A stretch of 64,000 nucleotides of DNA. It comes from an uncultured Candidatus Rokubacteria bacterium (GTDB lineage: Bacteria; Methylomirabilota; Methylomirabilia; Rokubacteriales; DASRDR01). Positions 49,956 through 59,001 of this stretch are shown in pieces. Position 1 is the first letter of the stretch; each line of letters begins with the position of its first letter. A program made the translations under genes and the position numbers. A model generated the notes under the pieces. It did no database searches and was not told the DNA's origin. It saw nothing but the letters and a program-made list of their open reading frames with translations. The stretch spans positions 480,001 through 544,000 of the forward strand of contig CAWDVE010000010.1 in NCBI GenBank assembly GCA_963805625.1, read 5' to 3'.

Positions 49956-50216
49956 TCACAGCCCGTAGGCGGTGCGGACGTTCGCCGCGCTATAGCTCTT
50001 CCACGACAGCTCGCCGGCGAGCCCGCCCTTGGCATTCGATTCTTCCGTCGCCACCGTATTCGGCGCATCCGCTGGGTCGGGGTCGTGCACCAAAAACACC
50101 CCAGCGGTCGCGTCACTCGTCGCCGTCGGCACGGCCAAAATCACGCTGAGGCGCCGCCCACTGCTCATCAGCTGGCGGCGAATGTCCAGGAGGTCGGCAT
50201 AGGTCACCGCAGCCAT
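49956..50216 (-). CDS. Hypothetical protein
   Basis: Operonic spacing; AAAGGAG Shine-Dalgarno. Confidence 0.55.
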   Translation of the reverse strand: MAAVTYADLLDIRRQLMSSGRRLSVILAVPTATSDATAGVFLVHDPDPADAPNTVATEESNAKGGLAGELSWKSYSAANVRTAYGL

Positions 50217-50515
50217 CAGTTCGCTCCTTTCGGATCGGAGAGGAGGATCGCGCCCTCGCCCAACAACGTCGGACGGCGCGCGGGCGGGGGCGAGATCGGG
50301 ATCGGGGGTGGGGCACTCCCCGGGGCGGGCGCGGGGCGTCGGCGCCGTCGCCGCCGGGACGGGACGCCCGTGGCGACATACACCGCCTCCTCGAGGCCGT
50401 CCTGCACGTGCACGCCCGCCCGGCGGTACGTCATGCCGTGCCAGGCCACGACGGCGCCCCCGGCGCCCGGCAGGCGGGTGAGCACGCGCGTCAGGGACTC
50501 GTCGTAGAGCACCAT
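50216..50515 (-). CDS. Hypothetical protein
   Basis: Operonic spacing; Arg/Pro-rich C-terminus. Confidence 0.45.
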   Translation of the reverse strand: MVLYDESLTRVLTRLPGAGGAVVAWHGMTYRRAGVHVQDGLEEAVYVATGVPSRRRRRRRPAPAPGSAPPPIPISPPPARRPTLLGEGAILLSDPKGAN

Positions 50516-50516
50516 G

Positions 50517-50933
50517 TCAGGCCGACTGCAGCTCCGCCGCCAGCGCCTGCACCGCCTTGTCGCGCGACGTCGCCAACTTCTGCTGCAGCCGCCCCACCTG
50601 CCCCTCCAGCGTCGCCACCTCGGCCTGCCGCTGCTGGATCCGCTGCTCGAGCCCGGCGAGCTCCGCCTCCCGGGTCCCCACGCGCTCCGCGTGCGCCGCC
50701 CGGCTCGCCTCCCACTCCCGCTCGACCTGCCGCATCTCGTTCGCCTTCGCCGTCGTCCACGCCGGCACCTGCGCCGCCAGCCGGGTCACCTGCGCGCTGA
50801 GGGTGTGACGCTGCTCGCGCATCTGCTCCGCCACCGTGGCCTCCGCCTGCGCCCCCTGCTGGAGCGCCGTCAGCGCGGCGTCGATCGCGGCGAACTCCGT
50901 GAACTTCGATTCCAGGTCAACTCGGTCTGTCAT
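50517..50933 (-). CDS. Coiled-coil hypothetical protein
   Basis: Long heptad-rich helix; AGGAG Shine-Dalgarno before MTDRV. Confidence 0.6.
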   Translation of the reverse strand: MTDRVDLESKFTEFAAIDAALTALQQGAQAEATVAEQMREQRHTLSAQVTRLAAQVPAWTTAKANEMRQVEREWEASRAAHAERVGTREAELAGLEQRIQQRQAEVATLEGQVGRLQQKLATSRDKAVQALAAELQSA

Positions 50934-51218
50934 TGGTCGCACTCCTGTTCAGGGTGAAGGGTGCACGGCGCTTGGGGACATGGGGCGATGGGGACGGTCC
51001 CGGACGGGGTCATGACGGCCCGTTCGGGCCGACAGTTTCGGGGGGGGTGGGGTGGCAGGGTGTTTCGCTGCGTGCCCGGCGCCCCCCGCTCCCCGGCGGC
51101 CGGCGATGGACGGGGGCTCATGGGCCGAGCCAGTAGTCCAAGAGGATCTTGACCCACACGCCGAGCGCGATCGCCCAGGCGGCTCGCGTCAACCACCGGC
51201 CATCCAAGCGGGGGCGGA

Positions 51219-52448
51219 TCATCGCGGCGCCTCCCGGTGCGCCAACACGAATTGCTCGAGGTCGTCGACCAGGATGTGAATGAGCTTCTCGCGCGAGGTG
51301 CCCTGCCCGCCCGGAAGCCGCACCGCCGGCAGCAGGCCGCGCGACACGAAGTCACGGACCTTCCCGTACCCCACGCCGAGGTAGACGCCGGCCTCCTTGA
51401 GCGTGTAGAGCCGCTTCAGGCGCGCGAGGGAGAGGGTCGCGGCGTCGAAGCTCACCCCCAGGAGGGCGCGGAGGGTCTTCTGGTTGGTGATCCGGTTCGT
51501 CCGGATCAGGGTGGCGGCCTGGTCGTCCAGGGCGGCGGCCTGGGTCGCGTCCGCCTGGCGGCCCTCGGCCTCGAGGTCGGCCCGGGTGCGCGGGTCGGTT
51601 TCGATGACACAGGAGCGCCGGGGCCGGCCGTACTCGTCGTCCTCCCCGAGCCGCACCCGCACCCGTCGGAGTCGGAGGGGAGCCGGCTTGGCGTCGTCCC
51701 GGACCTTCAGGGTCGTCAGGAGCAAGTCGGCGATCCCGAGTTCCCCATTGTCGGCCGTGACCTCGAGGTAGAACACGCCATCGGAGTTGCCCCGGAAGGC
51801 CGAGGAGCCCCGTTCGCGCTTCTTTTTCGTCTCCCCGTCTTGCCACCCGGCATGATGGGCGAGCACCGCCCCGGCGTCGGGCACCACGGTGAGCAATCGG
51901 CGGACGACGCGGAGATACGCGGCGACATCCTCGGAGCGATCCTCGGAGCCGACCATCGACGCCCGGAGCGTGTCGATCAGGAGCAGCACCACGGGCGGCC
52001 CCCCGGCCGTCGCGAGCTCGGCGACGAGGGTGCGGAGGCTGTCGCGGAGGGCGCACTCCCCCGCCGAGGGGGTTTCCTGCCCCTCGCGGTCGACCCGGGG
52101 CGAGATCGGCTCGCCGGCGCGGAGCACATAGAGGTGCCGCACGTCCCGGGACGTGACCTGGAGGGCGGCGAGCCGGAGCCCGAGGGCATCCCCCTCGAAG
52201 CTGACATACGCCACCGTGCCGGCCTGCGCGGGGCGGCCATGCCACTCCTTCTCCCCGCCCGCCACGGCCGCGGCTAGGTCGAGCAAGACGAACGTCTTTC
52301 CGGCCCCGGACTCGGAGACCAGCACACTGACCCCGCGCTGCCACGCGAACTCGGCCACGAGACTGATCGGCGGGGGGTCGGTGAGGAGGTCGAGGGCGGG
52401 CCGGAAGCGGGCGACGTCGATCGAGTCCGTCACGGCGTCGAGGTTCAC
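51219..52448 (-). CDS. RepA/AAA_25-type replicative helicase with C-terminal excisionase-like HTH
   Basis: Walker A SESGAGKT, LLLIDT, AHHAG, RGSSAF; tail RLYTLKEAGVYLGVGY. Confidence 0.8.
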   Translation of the reverse strand: MNLDAVTDSIDVARFRPALDLLTDPPPISLVAEFAWQRGVSVLVSESGAGKTFVLLDLAAAVAGGEKEWHGRPAQAGTVAYVSFEGDALGLRLAALQVTSRDVRHLYVLRAGEPISPRVDREGQETPSAGECALRDSLRTLVAELATAGGPPVVLLLIDTLRASMVGSEDRSEDVAAYLRVVRRLLTVVPDAGAVLAHHAGWQDGETKKKRERGSSAFRGNSDGVFYLEVTADNGELGIADLLLTTLKVRDDAKPAPLRLRRVRVRLGEDDEYGRPRRSCVIETDPRTRADLEAEGRQADATQAAALDDQAATLIRTNRITNQKTLRALLGVSFDAATLSLARLKRLYTLKEAGVYLGVGYGKVRDFVSRGLLPAVRLPGGQGTSREKLIHILVDDLEQFVLAHREAPR

Positions 52449-53311
52449 CGGACGGACTCCCGGGCGGCCCGGAGATCCCGCCAGTCGCGCCCGCGACAAT
52501 GGCCGTGATGACACACGAAGTCGAACGCCCCGCTGGCGCGGATGAGGATCGCGGCCCCGCCGGGGCCGGTCGTATGGACGTCGGCCCAGGGGCAGCGGGC
52601 CAATTCGAGCAGGTAGCCGTCCGCCCAGCGCTTGAGGGGGCCGACGGTACGGAGCCCCCAGGCCTGGGCCTTGGCCAGCAACGTGCCGCCGAGATCATCC
52701 GGGGGCGGCCTTGACGGGCCGGCATACGACGATCGGCCAGGCGGGGGAGTCAAGAGCCGGACCACCTGATCGAGGATCGCTTGCCGGGGCTGCACCGCCG
52801 AGGGCGTCCCGGCCCACGTGTGCCCGGTCACGACCATGACCTTCGCCCGGTCGTAGAGCTCGAGGTGCGCTTCGGGATGCGTGATGGGATGGGGGAGCGT
52901 GCCGTGCACGAAGAGATGTAACCCCGTGCCGCTCACGCTGATCTCGGTCCAGGACTGCACGTGCGCCACCAGCCGCGCGGCCCCGGGCAGGAGCTGTGCC
53001 CCGTCGAGCACCCCGTCCAGGTCGAAGCAGGTGATCTGCGCCTCAGCGGTGAGCACCGCGCCGATCCCGATCAATGGGCCGATGACCGGATTCGGATCGC
53101 GGTGGGGACCTGTCAGGAGCGCGTAGGCGTCCACGGCCTCCCCGAACGTGCCCCACGTCTCGGGGTCCGTGCTCGAGGCCCGTCGGGTCGGATCGCTGAT
53201 TCGATAGGGGACCTTCTGAGGCTTGCCCGCCCGCGGCTCGGCCCGCGAGAGCACCCAGGGTTGGGCCCGCAGGACGGCGGGGATCGCGTCGGGGATCAGC
53301 TCACGCCACAC
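52445..53311 (-). CDS. Primase-polymerase (AEP, NrS-1 N-terminal type) with C-terminal Zn-binding domain
   Basis: KVPY...ASSTDPETW, CFDLDG, EISVSGTGLH, ELYD...TG; CPW...H...CHHGHC. Confidence 0.82.
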   Translation of the reverse strand: MWRELIPDAIPAVLRAQPWVLSRAEPRAGKPQKVPYRISDPTRRASSTDPETWGTFGEAVDAYALLTGPHRDPNPVIGPLIGIGAVLTAEAQITCFDLDGVLDGAQLLPGAARLVAHVQSWTEISVSGTGLHLFVHGTLPHPITHPEAHLELYDRAKVMVVTGHTWAGTPSAVQPRQAILDQVVRLLTPPPGRSSYAGPSRPPPDDLGGTLLAKAQAWGLRTVGPLKRWADGYLLELARCPWADVHTTGPGGAAILIRASGAFDFVCHHGHCRGRDWRDLRAARESVR

Positions 53312-53359
53312 GGGCGACCTCGGGGAAGAGGGTCGAGAGCAGGAGGTTCATGGCGGGGG

Positions 53360-53692
53360 TCATCGCCGGCCCGCCTCGTCGTCGAAGGCCGCCGGCGTGA
53401 CCCAGACGTCCCCGCGGGGCCGGGCCTCGGCCCACGCCAGGGCACAGGGCTCGCACAGCTTCACCGGCTCGAGCGGCGAGGATCGGCCCCAGATGATCGC
53501 GGTGCCGCAGTCGGCGCACGCGCCCGTCTGCATGGTGGGGATGAGGGTCCGCGCCTCGGCCTGACGGGCGGGCGACTCGTGTGGGAGCTGCGCCATCGCG
53601 GCGTCCCACTCCGCACGTCGGGCACAGACGATCACAGTGGGCCGCCGCGTGGCGATGTGTTCGACGGTCCGCCGCCATTCGTCCCGGGTCAC
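53360..53692 (-). CDS. Zn-finger hypothetical protein
   Basis: GTG start overlapping the upstream stop; CADC...CEPC. Confidence 0.55.
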   Translation of the reverse strand: MTRDEWRRTVEHIATRRPTVIVCARRAEWDAAMAQLPHESPARQAEARTLIPTMQTGACADCGTAIIWGRSSPLEPVKLCEPCALAWAEARPRGDVWVTPAAFDDEAGRR

Positions 53693-54063
53693 CCGGCCAT
53701 CTCCGCGAACTCGTCCGCCTCCGCAATGAGCGCGCGGAGTTTCTTGGGCGAATGGCCGCCGGTGTTCTGGAGGAGCCAGACGAGGTAGTGGCTGAGCGGT
53801 TGCCACCACCAGTGCGTCCACCGCGGATCGCGCCCGAGGCAGTCGTTCATCTTGCAGAGCACGACGATCGGCGAGAAGCCGTCCTCGGTGATGGTGTCCG
53901 GGTGCCAGACGATGCCGGCGATCTTGACGTCGGTGATCCACTCGCCACACCCGGCGCAGCGGAGGCGCGGATAGTTGTGGCCGCGGCGGTGCCGGACGCC
54001 GAAACTCGGCGTGGTCGGCCCTCCGGGTCCGTAGAGGTCGTCGGACGAACGCGGGGTCGTCAC
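53689..54063 (-). CDS. Zn-finger hypothetical protein
   Basis: CAGC...CKMNDC; 4-nt overlaps at both ends. Confidence 0.55.
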   Translation of the reverse strand: MTTPRSSDDLYGPGGPTTPSFGVRHRRGHNYPRLRCAGCGEWITDVKIAGIVWHPDTITEDGFSPIVVLCKMNDCLGRDPRWTHWWWQPLSHYLVWLLQNTGGHSPKKLRALIAEADEFAEMAG

Positions 54064-54272
54064 GCCGCCCTCCGGCGCTGCCCGTCAGCATTCTGCCCGC
54101 CGGGCAGATTGGGTCGGGCGGCCTGCTCGAGGGCGAGGACGGCCGCATCGAGCCGGAGTGAGCGTCGTCGAGTGAAGGCCCCGTCGAGGACCCGCTCGGC
54201 CCGCGCGAGCGCGAACCCGAGGAGCAGCTGCGCCGGCACGGGGGGTAGCCGGCGGGCCACGAGTGCGGACAT
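54060..54272 (-). CDS. Hypothetical protein
   Basis: Operonic position with 4-nt overlap. Confidence 0.4.
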   Translation of the reverse strand: MSALVARRLPPVPAQLLLGFALARAERVLDGAFTRRRSLRLDAAVLALEQAARPNLPGGQNADGQRRRAA

Positions 54273-54293
54273 GGCGCGCGGGTCCGGCTCCGG

Positions 54294-54497
54294 CTACTCG
54301 CGCCCCTTGGCGCGGGCGAGGAACGCCAGAAGGCTCGCCTGTGGCACCCGCGGCATGCGGGGTCCGATGTGGATGGTCTCCAGCTCCCCCCGGCTGATGA
54401 GCCGATCGAGAGTCGCGTCCGAGACCTTGAGGAGCCTCATGACCTCGGCGCGTCGGTAGAGCTGCTCGGCGCGCCGCTCGTCGACCTCTATGAGCAT
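54294..54497 (-). CDS. Excisionase/AlpA-like HTH_17 DNA-binding protein
   Basis: LYRRAEVMRLLKVSDATLDRLISRGELETIHIG...RVPQASL; GGAGG Shine-Dalgarno. Confidence 0.82.
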   Translation of the reverse strand: MLIEVDERRAEQLYRRAEVMRLLKVSDATLDRLISRGELETIHIGPRMPRVPQASLLAFLARAKGRE

Positions 54498-54563
54498 CCG
54501 GGCCTCCCGAGGCCACTTGGGCCTGCGAGGGGCACGTTACTGGAGGGAGACGCGCCGGTCTAA

Positions 54564-54595
54564 CGAGTAACCTTTTGGGGCGAAAAGGTTACTCG
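54564..54595. promoter_or_regulatory. 13-bp perfect inverted repeat upstream of the xis operon
   Basis: CGAGTAACCTTTT-ggggcg-AAAAGGTTACTCG. Confidence 0.6.
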
Positions 54596-54601
54596 GCCGA
54601 A

Positions 54602-55192
54602 TCAAGGCGGCGGGGGCACCTCGATGAGTCCGACGTCCCGCAACCATTCCGATTGCCACTCATAGTCCGTGACGCCCGCCGCTGTGAGCCGCTCACGGGT
54701 GTGGCGGAGGATGCGGTTGAGCGGCTTTCCGGGCGTGGGTCGGCGGGTCTGGCGGGAGGCATCGATCCAGGTCGCGTGTGTCATCCACGACGCCAGACGG
54801 GTCGTGAGGTCTCGCGCCTCCTCGTCCTCGGCCAGGAGCCACAACTCCCGGAGGAGCGGAGGGAGATCACGCCGTAGCTGGCGGACGCGGATCTCCAGGT
54901 CCTGGTAGATCATGGCGCGCTGGCTTCTCACCTGCTCCTGGTAGTGCTCGACCAAGCCCGCACACAGCGCCGCGCACAGGCGGTCCTCGTCGATCCCTTG
55001 GACCCGGGCGGCCTCGAGGTGGTCCTCACACTCGCGTTCTCGATCAGGGTGAAACGGCAGGAGGGCCCTGAGCGCCCGCGCGCGATCCGCTCGCGTCTTC
55101 CACCGGCCTTGGAGGGACAGGACCGAGGCGGGATCGGGGAGTTGCGCCTGGGGATATCGCGCCTGCGAGCGGCGGACTCGCTTCTTCGCCAT
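54602..55192 (-). CDS. Hypothetical protein (first gene of the island)
   Basis: GAGGGGAG Shine-Dalgarno; helical, basic protein. Confidence 0.6.
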   Translation of the reverse strand: MAKKRVRRSQARYPQAQLPDPASVLSLQGRWKTRADRARALRALLPFHPDRERECEDHLEAARVQGIDEDRLCAALCAGLVEHYQEQVRSQRAMIYQDLEIRVRQLRRDLPPLLRELWLLAEDEEARDLTTRLASWMTHATWIDASRQTRRPTPGKPLNRILRHTRERLTAAGVTDYEWQSEWLRDVGLIEVPPPP

Positions 55193-55471
55193 GGCTCCCC
55201 CTCGTGGAGCGCCTCAAGGGACGGGGCCGGTGGGCGAGGGCGGTGAGGAGCCGCCCCGTCGACGCCAGTAGCGAGCTGGCGCCTACGCCCACACGAGTCA
55301 GTCTACGCGATCACCGCCGTGCCCAGAATTGTGCCCACGGCGACGTCACGACCCGACACAATCCAGCACAATCCGACGAATTGGAGCAGGCACAGAGACC
55401 GAGCGGGCCGATCGCGAATCGCCCGTCAGGATGCGGGGATCGTGACGCGCGACGCGTGCCGACGGGGTCGC

Positions 55472-55510
55472 TTTTAAGTCCGCCGCGTCTCCCAGTTTCG
55501 CCACCCCGGC
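55472..55510 (-). repeat. att repeat: 5' half of tRNA-Leu(TAA) through the anticodon loop
   Basis: Identical to 42477-42515. Confidence 0.92.
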
Positions 55511-55726
55511 TGGTCGACGAGCGAGAAGTTACGATACACTGCGAGGTTCCCGCGGCGCCACTTTGCCCGGACCTTTGCCCACGATCACGCACTGGGGGGC
55601 TAGTCCATGGCCTGTCGCTGGACCGCTCGTCTCCTTCAGCGCTGATACACGATCCCTGTGAGCACGCCCTGGTTCAGGTCCGAGTCGACCCCATGCTGGT
55701 CCTTCTCGAGGAGGCTCACGCTCCGA

Positions 55727-55993
55727 TCATGCGGAGCCCCCGGAGGCGTTCGTTTGATCCACCAGCTGCCCAATCAGCCCGCGGCGCTCCGCGCAGTCCG
55801 CCCGATCCGGGCACGCGAACACGAGGGTGCAGTCCTCCACGTGCAGCATGAGTGTCGGCGCGCCCGCGGTCGCAGCGACGAGTTGGCGCAGTCGCGCGAT
55901 CCACGTTTGGTCAGGGTGTTCGGAGAGCATCAAGCGCATGTTCTCGGTGTCCGGAACGCGAACCGACTCACCCACGATACGAATCTGTTGCAT
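55727..55993 (-). CDS. Hypothetical protein
   Basis: GGAGGGG Shine-Dalgarno; 88 aa of ordinary composition. Confidence 0.5.
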   Translation of the reverse strand: MQQIRIVGESVRVPDTENMRLMLSEHPDQTWIARLRQLVAATAGAPTLMLHVEDCTLVFACPDRADCAERRGLIGQLVDQTNASGGSA

Positions 55994-56403
55994 CGCGCCC
56001 CTCCTGCCTCCGACCGACGTGCCATACTGGCGGTTCGGGTGCCGGTGACGGTGATCGGTCGAACGCTCCCTGGCCGTGAGACCTACGCGAACTGTCTAGC
56101 GAAGTCCTCGGTCCGGATGACCGGGACACGTATGCGGTGATGTCCAGCTGCACGCGCTTCACGCATCGAGCCGACGCCCCAACGAATGTCGTCAGGGCGA
56201 TCTGCTGCCGCTCTCCTGGATCGAAGGACCACCCACTCTGGCAACATCCGAGCTGACCCATGGAATTCAACGCCGCGACGTGTGTCAGCGCGAGGACGAA
56301 GCTGCTCCCTCGCCTTCGCCTCGTGCCGCGGGGCCAATATTAGGCCGCTACCCGTGAACGACACAGAATTGCCCAGAGGCGGCGATCCCTCAGCGGCTTC
56401 CGG

Positions 56404-56646
56404 CTATCGTGGAGCGGCTTCCTGGAGCGCGAGCAGGGCGGTCGACAGCTCGGCGGCCGTCCAGTCTAGGTCCTCGATAGGGACCCGCAGGGTTGCCCGT
56501 ATCGAGATGGGCCCCGTGCGGGCGAGGCGCTCGAGCATCTCCTGGGCATCCCGGACCGCATTGAAGGCCCGGCGCAGGCGATCCACGGCCATGGCGTTCG
56601 GAGAGAGTGGCAGCGGCGCTGTCCCCGGGCGAACGAAGCGGGGCAC
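56404..56646 (-). CDS. Hypothetical protein
   Basis: Short helical ORF with GAGG upstream. Confidence 0.4.
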   Translation of the reverse strand: MPRFVRPGTAPLPLSPNAMAVDRLRRAFNAVRDAQEMLERLARTGPISIRATLRVPIEDLDWTAAELSTALLALQEAAPR

Positions 56647-57007
56647 GTCAGCGACCGCCTCGGCGGTTGCGATTCAGGATCACGGCGGCGGGGTACTTGA
56701 TTCGTAACGTCGTCTTCTTTGCCATGGCCGAGGATACCATGGGCAGAGTGTTCATGCAGGGCCGCTTCAGAACGCCAAATGGTTGCCACTGCGGTGAGCC
56801 AGGGAGTCGCGCTGCCACGAGACGCGGTCAGTCGCTCGTGGGTGCACGCCGACGAGGCCCGCGCCGCCTGCGGGCTTGCCCGCTCCCGCCGTCCGGGATC
56901 GACTGGCCGCGAGCCGGCTCGTTCCTCATGAACCGATCGGTCGGGGCGGACGCCATGCCGGCGGCGTGTTTGGGGTCGAGAGTGGCGCAGGCCGACCCGT
57001 CCGGCGG

Positions 57008-57352
57008 CTAGCGGTCCGCGCTCCGGGCCTTCTCGCGAGCTTCCTTGAGCCGGCGCTCCGCGAACTCGATCCGCGCGGCTGCGGCGTTCAGCTTTTCCTC
57101 GGCCGCGTCCAGGTCGGCCTCGGCGGCCTCGAAGTTCGTGTAGATCGGCGTGAGCTCGTGGTCTGGCTCACCGGCCTTGGCCCGGCGGGCCAGGGTAGCC
57201 CGGCCTCGCTCGATTGCCACACGGCGTCTCGATACGCTGGCGCGCCCCTTGGCGAGATCATCGCGGGCCGTGAGCTGCAGCGCTTCCGCGGCCTTCAAGT
57301 CTTTCGCCGCCTGCCGCCGTGTTGCTGGGCTCTCCTTGGGGTCTTCGGACAT
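57008..57352 (-). CDS. Coiled-coil hypothetical protein
   Basis: GGAGGAG Shine-Dalgarno before MSEDPK. Confidence 0.5.
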   Translation of the reverse strand: MSEDPKESPATRRQAAKDLKAAEALQLTARDDLAKGRASVSRRRVAIERGRATLARRAKAGEPDHELTPIYTNFEAAEADLDAAEEKLNAAAARIEFAERRLKEAREKARSADR

Positions 57353-57415
57353 GACACTCCTCCTTCCCAGCAGCGCCATCGCCGGCACGCCGAGTCGTTT
57401 GGCAGCTTCCGGAGC

Positions 57416-57574
57416 CTAGCGCCCCTTCTGTGCGATGACCACGAAGAGGGCCAGGGTCGCCGTCTGGCCCGCCGAAAGGACGTTGTGGATGGCATAGCCA
57501 TCCTGGTCGAGCTGGTTCAGTGCATTCTCGAGCGTCTCGGTGTTGCACTTGATCACCTTCCATTGATGCGCCAT
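57416..57574 (-). CDS. DUF4177-like small protein
   Basis: QWKVI...LENALNQLDQDGYAI pattern. Confidence 0.55.
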   Translation of the reverse strand: MAHQWKVIKCNTETLENALNQLDQDGYAIHNVLSAGQTATLALFVVIAQKGR

Positions 57575-57691
57575 CCGAACCCTCGCCTTCCTGTAAGAGG
57601 CGCCCCGGAATGAGGCCCCTCGTATCTCGCAGTTTCGGAACCTCACGCATCTCGGCGGCCAGTGGTGGCAGCGTGGAGGGATGTGGAAGGT

Positions 57692-57767
57692 TGGAGGCGG
57701 CGGGCGGATTCGAACCGCCGGATAACGGTTTTGCAGACCGTCGCCTTAACCACTTGGCTACGCCGCC
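57692..57767 (-). tRNA. tRNA-Cys(GCA)
   Basis: GGCGGCGTAGCCAAGTGGTTAAGGCGACGGT-CTGCAAA-ACCGT...GGTTCGAATCC...TCCA. Confidence 0.95.
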
Positions 57768-58024
57768 TTTTCAACCGCTTAGCTGAGATAAACCTCACGC
57801 ATTCTACCCTATGTGCCCACCTGTGTGCCCGCGGGATGCGAGTCGCGCGTGACCGCAGGCACCGGCGCGGGCATCGCGTGGCCGAGTCCCTCGAGCCGTT
57901 CGACCGCGCCCCGAAGGTGTCGCACCCCATCGCACGGCGATTCCCGTCCGCCACACGCGAACATCATCGACCTCGATGGTGACTCCGTACGGGCCGAGAG
58001 ACGGCGGCAGAATCTCCGTGGTAC

Positions 58025-58340
58025 TCATGGCGTCCCCTGCTGTGTAGGGGGCGCTGGCAAGGCTAGTACGCCGAAGGCCTTGTGACCAACGAGGCGATCA
58101 TTGGCGTGCAGGCGAAACTCGTAGGCCCCTGGGCGCTCGAATCGCAGACCCGGCAGGGTAAAGATGATCTCCGTCGTCTTGCCACGGTCTTCGATCGTCA
58201 TCCGCCCTCGAACTTCCCCGATAGTTACCAGATCCTCCAGATGAACCAGCTGAAGCCGCACGGTGTACTCACCCCGTGCGTCGGTGAGCATCGCGTAGAC
58301 CGCGAGAGAGTGATGCCTGACAGGAAAGCTTGGGGCCAGG
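58025..58340 (-). pseudogene. 5'-truncated DUF6941-like gene
   Basis: APSFPVRHHSLAVYAMLTDARGEY...FERPGAYEFRL; in-frame stop upstream, no proper N-terminus. Confidence 0.45.
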
Positions 58341-58626
58341 GATACTCACGCACACGGAGCGGCAGCGGCCGAAGCAGCACCGAGGGAATCGCGACGGCGT
58401 CCACGTCGTCCAGCACCCTAGCACCCGTCCCCGGGCGTCGTCAGGATGAGGGGCGGCGGTGGCGTCTTTCGCGCAGCGTCGCGCCACCAGTGCGGCGGGC
58501 GGCGGGCTCGGCGGGTCGGCCTGGACGTCGTGGCTCCTCCCTGGGGAGCCCCTGAAGGAACGCGCGGGCAGGCCGGCAGGGAGCCGGCCGTTCGGGTCGC
58601 GAACCCTAGCCCCGCGAGGCTTGCTC

Positions 58627-59001
58627 TTACGTGTCGAAGTCGAGGCCCACGGAGGCGAGCCCGGTCGTCGAGCTGTCGCAGGCCCTCTTGCCGCCATCGG
58701 TCACGCAGAGCGTCACGCGGCTCGGGGCCTCGGTGTCAAGGCGAGCCAGGCCGACTATAAGACACCCCGTCGGAAGCCCGCAGATCGCGTCGTAGCGCAT
58801 GTTCCCCATGACCGGCGTCGTGGCCTTCTGAGAGGTGTTGTTGAGCGTAACCTCCACGGGCAGCCCGCTCGGGGACGACGTCACCTCGACGAACGCCACG
58901 CGATGGTCGTCGTCGGAGCCACCCCCGCCGCAGGCGGCGAAGAGGAGGAGGGATAGGGCCAGAGTGGCGAAACGGAGCGCGCTATTCTTGTACCGTCTCA
59001 T
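58627..59001 (-). CDS. Putative lipoprotein
   Basis: Lipobox LFAAC-GGGG; GGAGG Shine-Dalgarno; four further Cys. Confidence 0.6.
   Translation of the reverse strand: MRRYKNSALRFATLALSLLLFAACGGGGSDDDHRVAFVEVTSSPSGLPVEVTLNNTSQKATTPVMGNMRYDAICGLPTGCLIVGLARLDTEAPSRVTLCVTDGGKRACDSSTTGLASVGLDFDT

Larger units (their letters stand above)
42477..55510. mobile_element. Integrated phage-satellite-like element (~13.0 kb) at tRNA-Leu
   Basis: Exact 39-bp direct repeats at 42477-42515 and 55472-55510; integrase next to one end; xis, primase and helicase genes inside. Confidence 0.88.

Noticed and set aside
55472-55510. Second tRNA-Leu gene
   Set aside because: Only the 5' 39 nt are present. There is no 3' anticodon stem, T arm or acceptor 3' strand.
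57643-57954. ORFs overlapping tRNA-Cys (likewise 59105..59323 over tRNA-Gly and 42453..42692 over tRNA-Leu)
   Set aside because: They are translations of tRNA sequence
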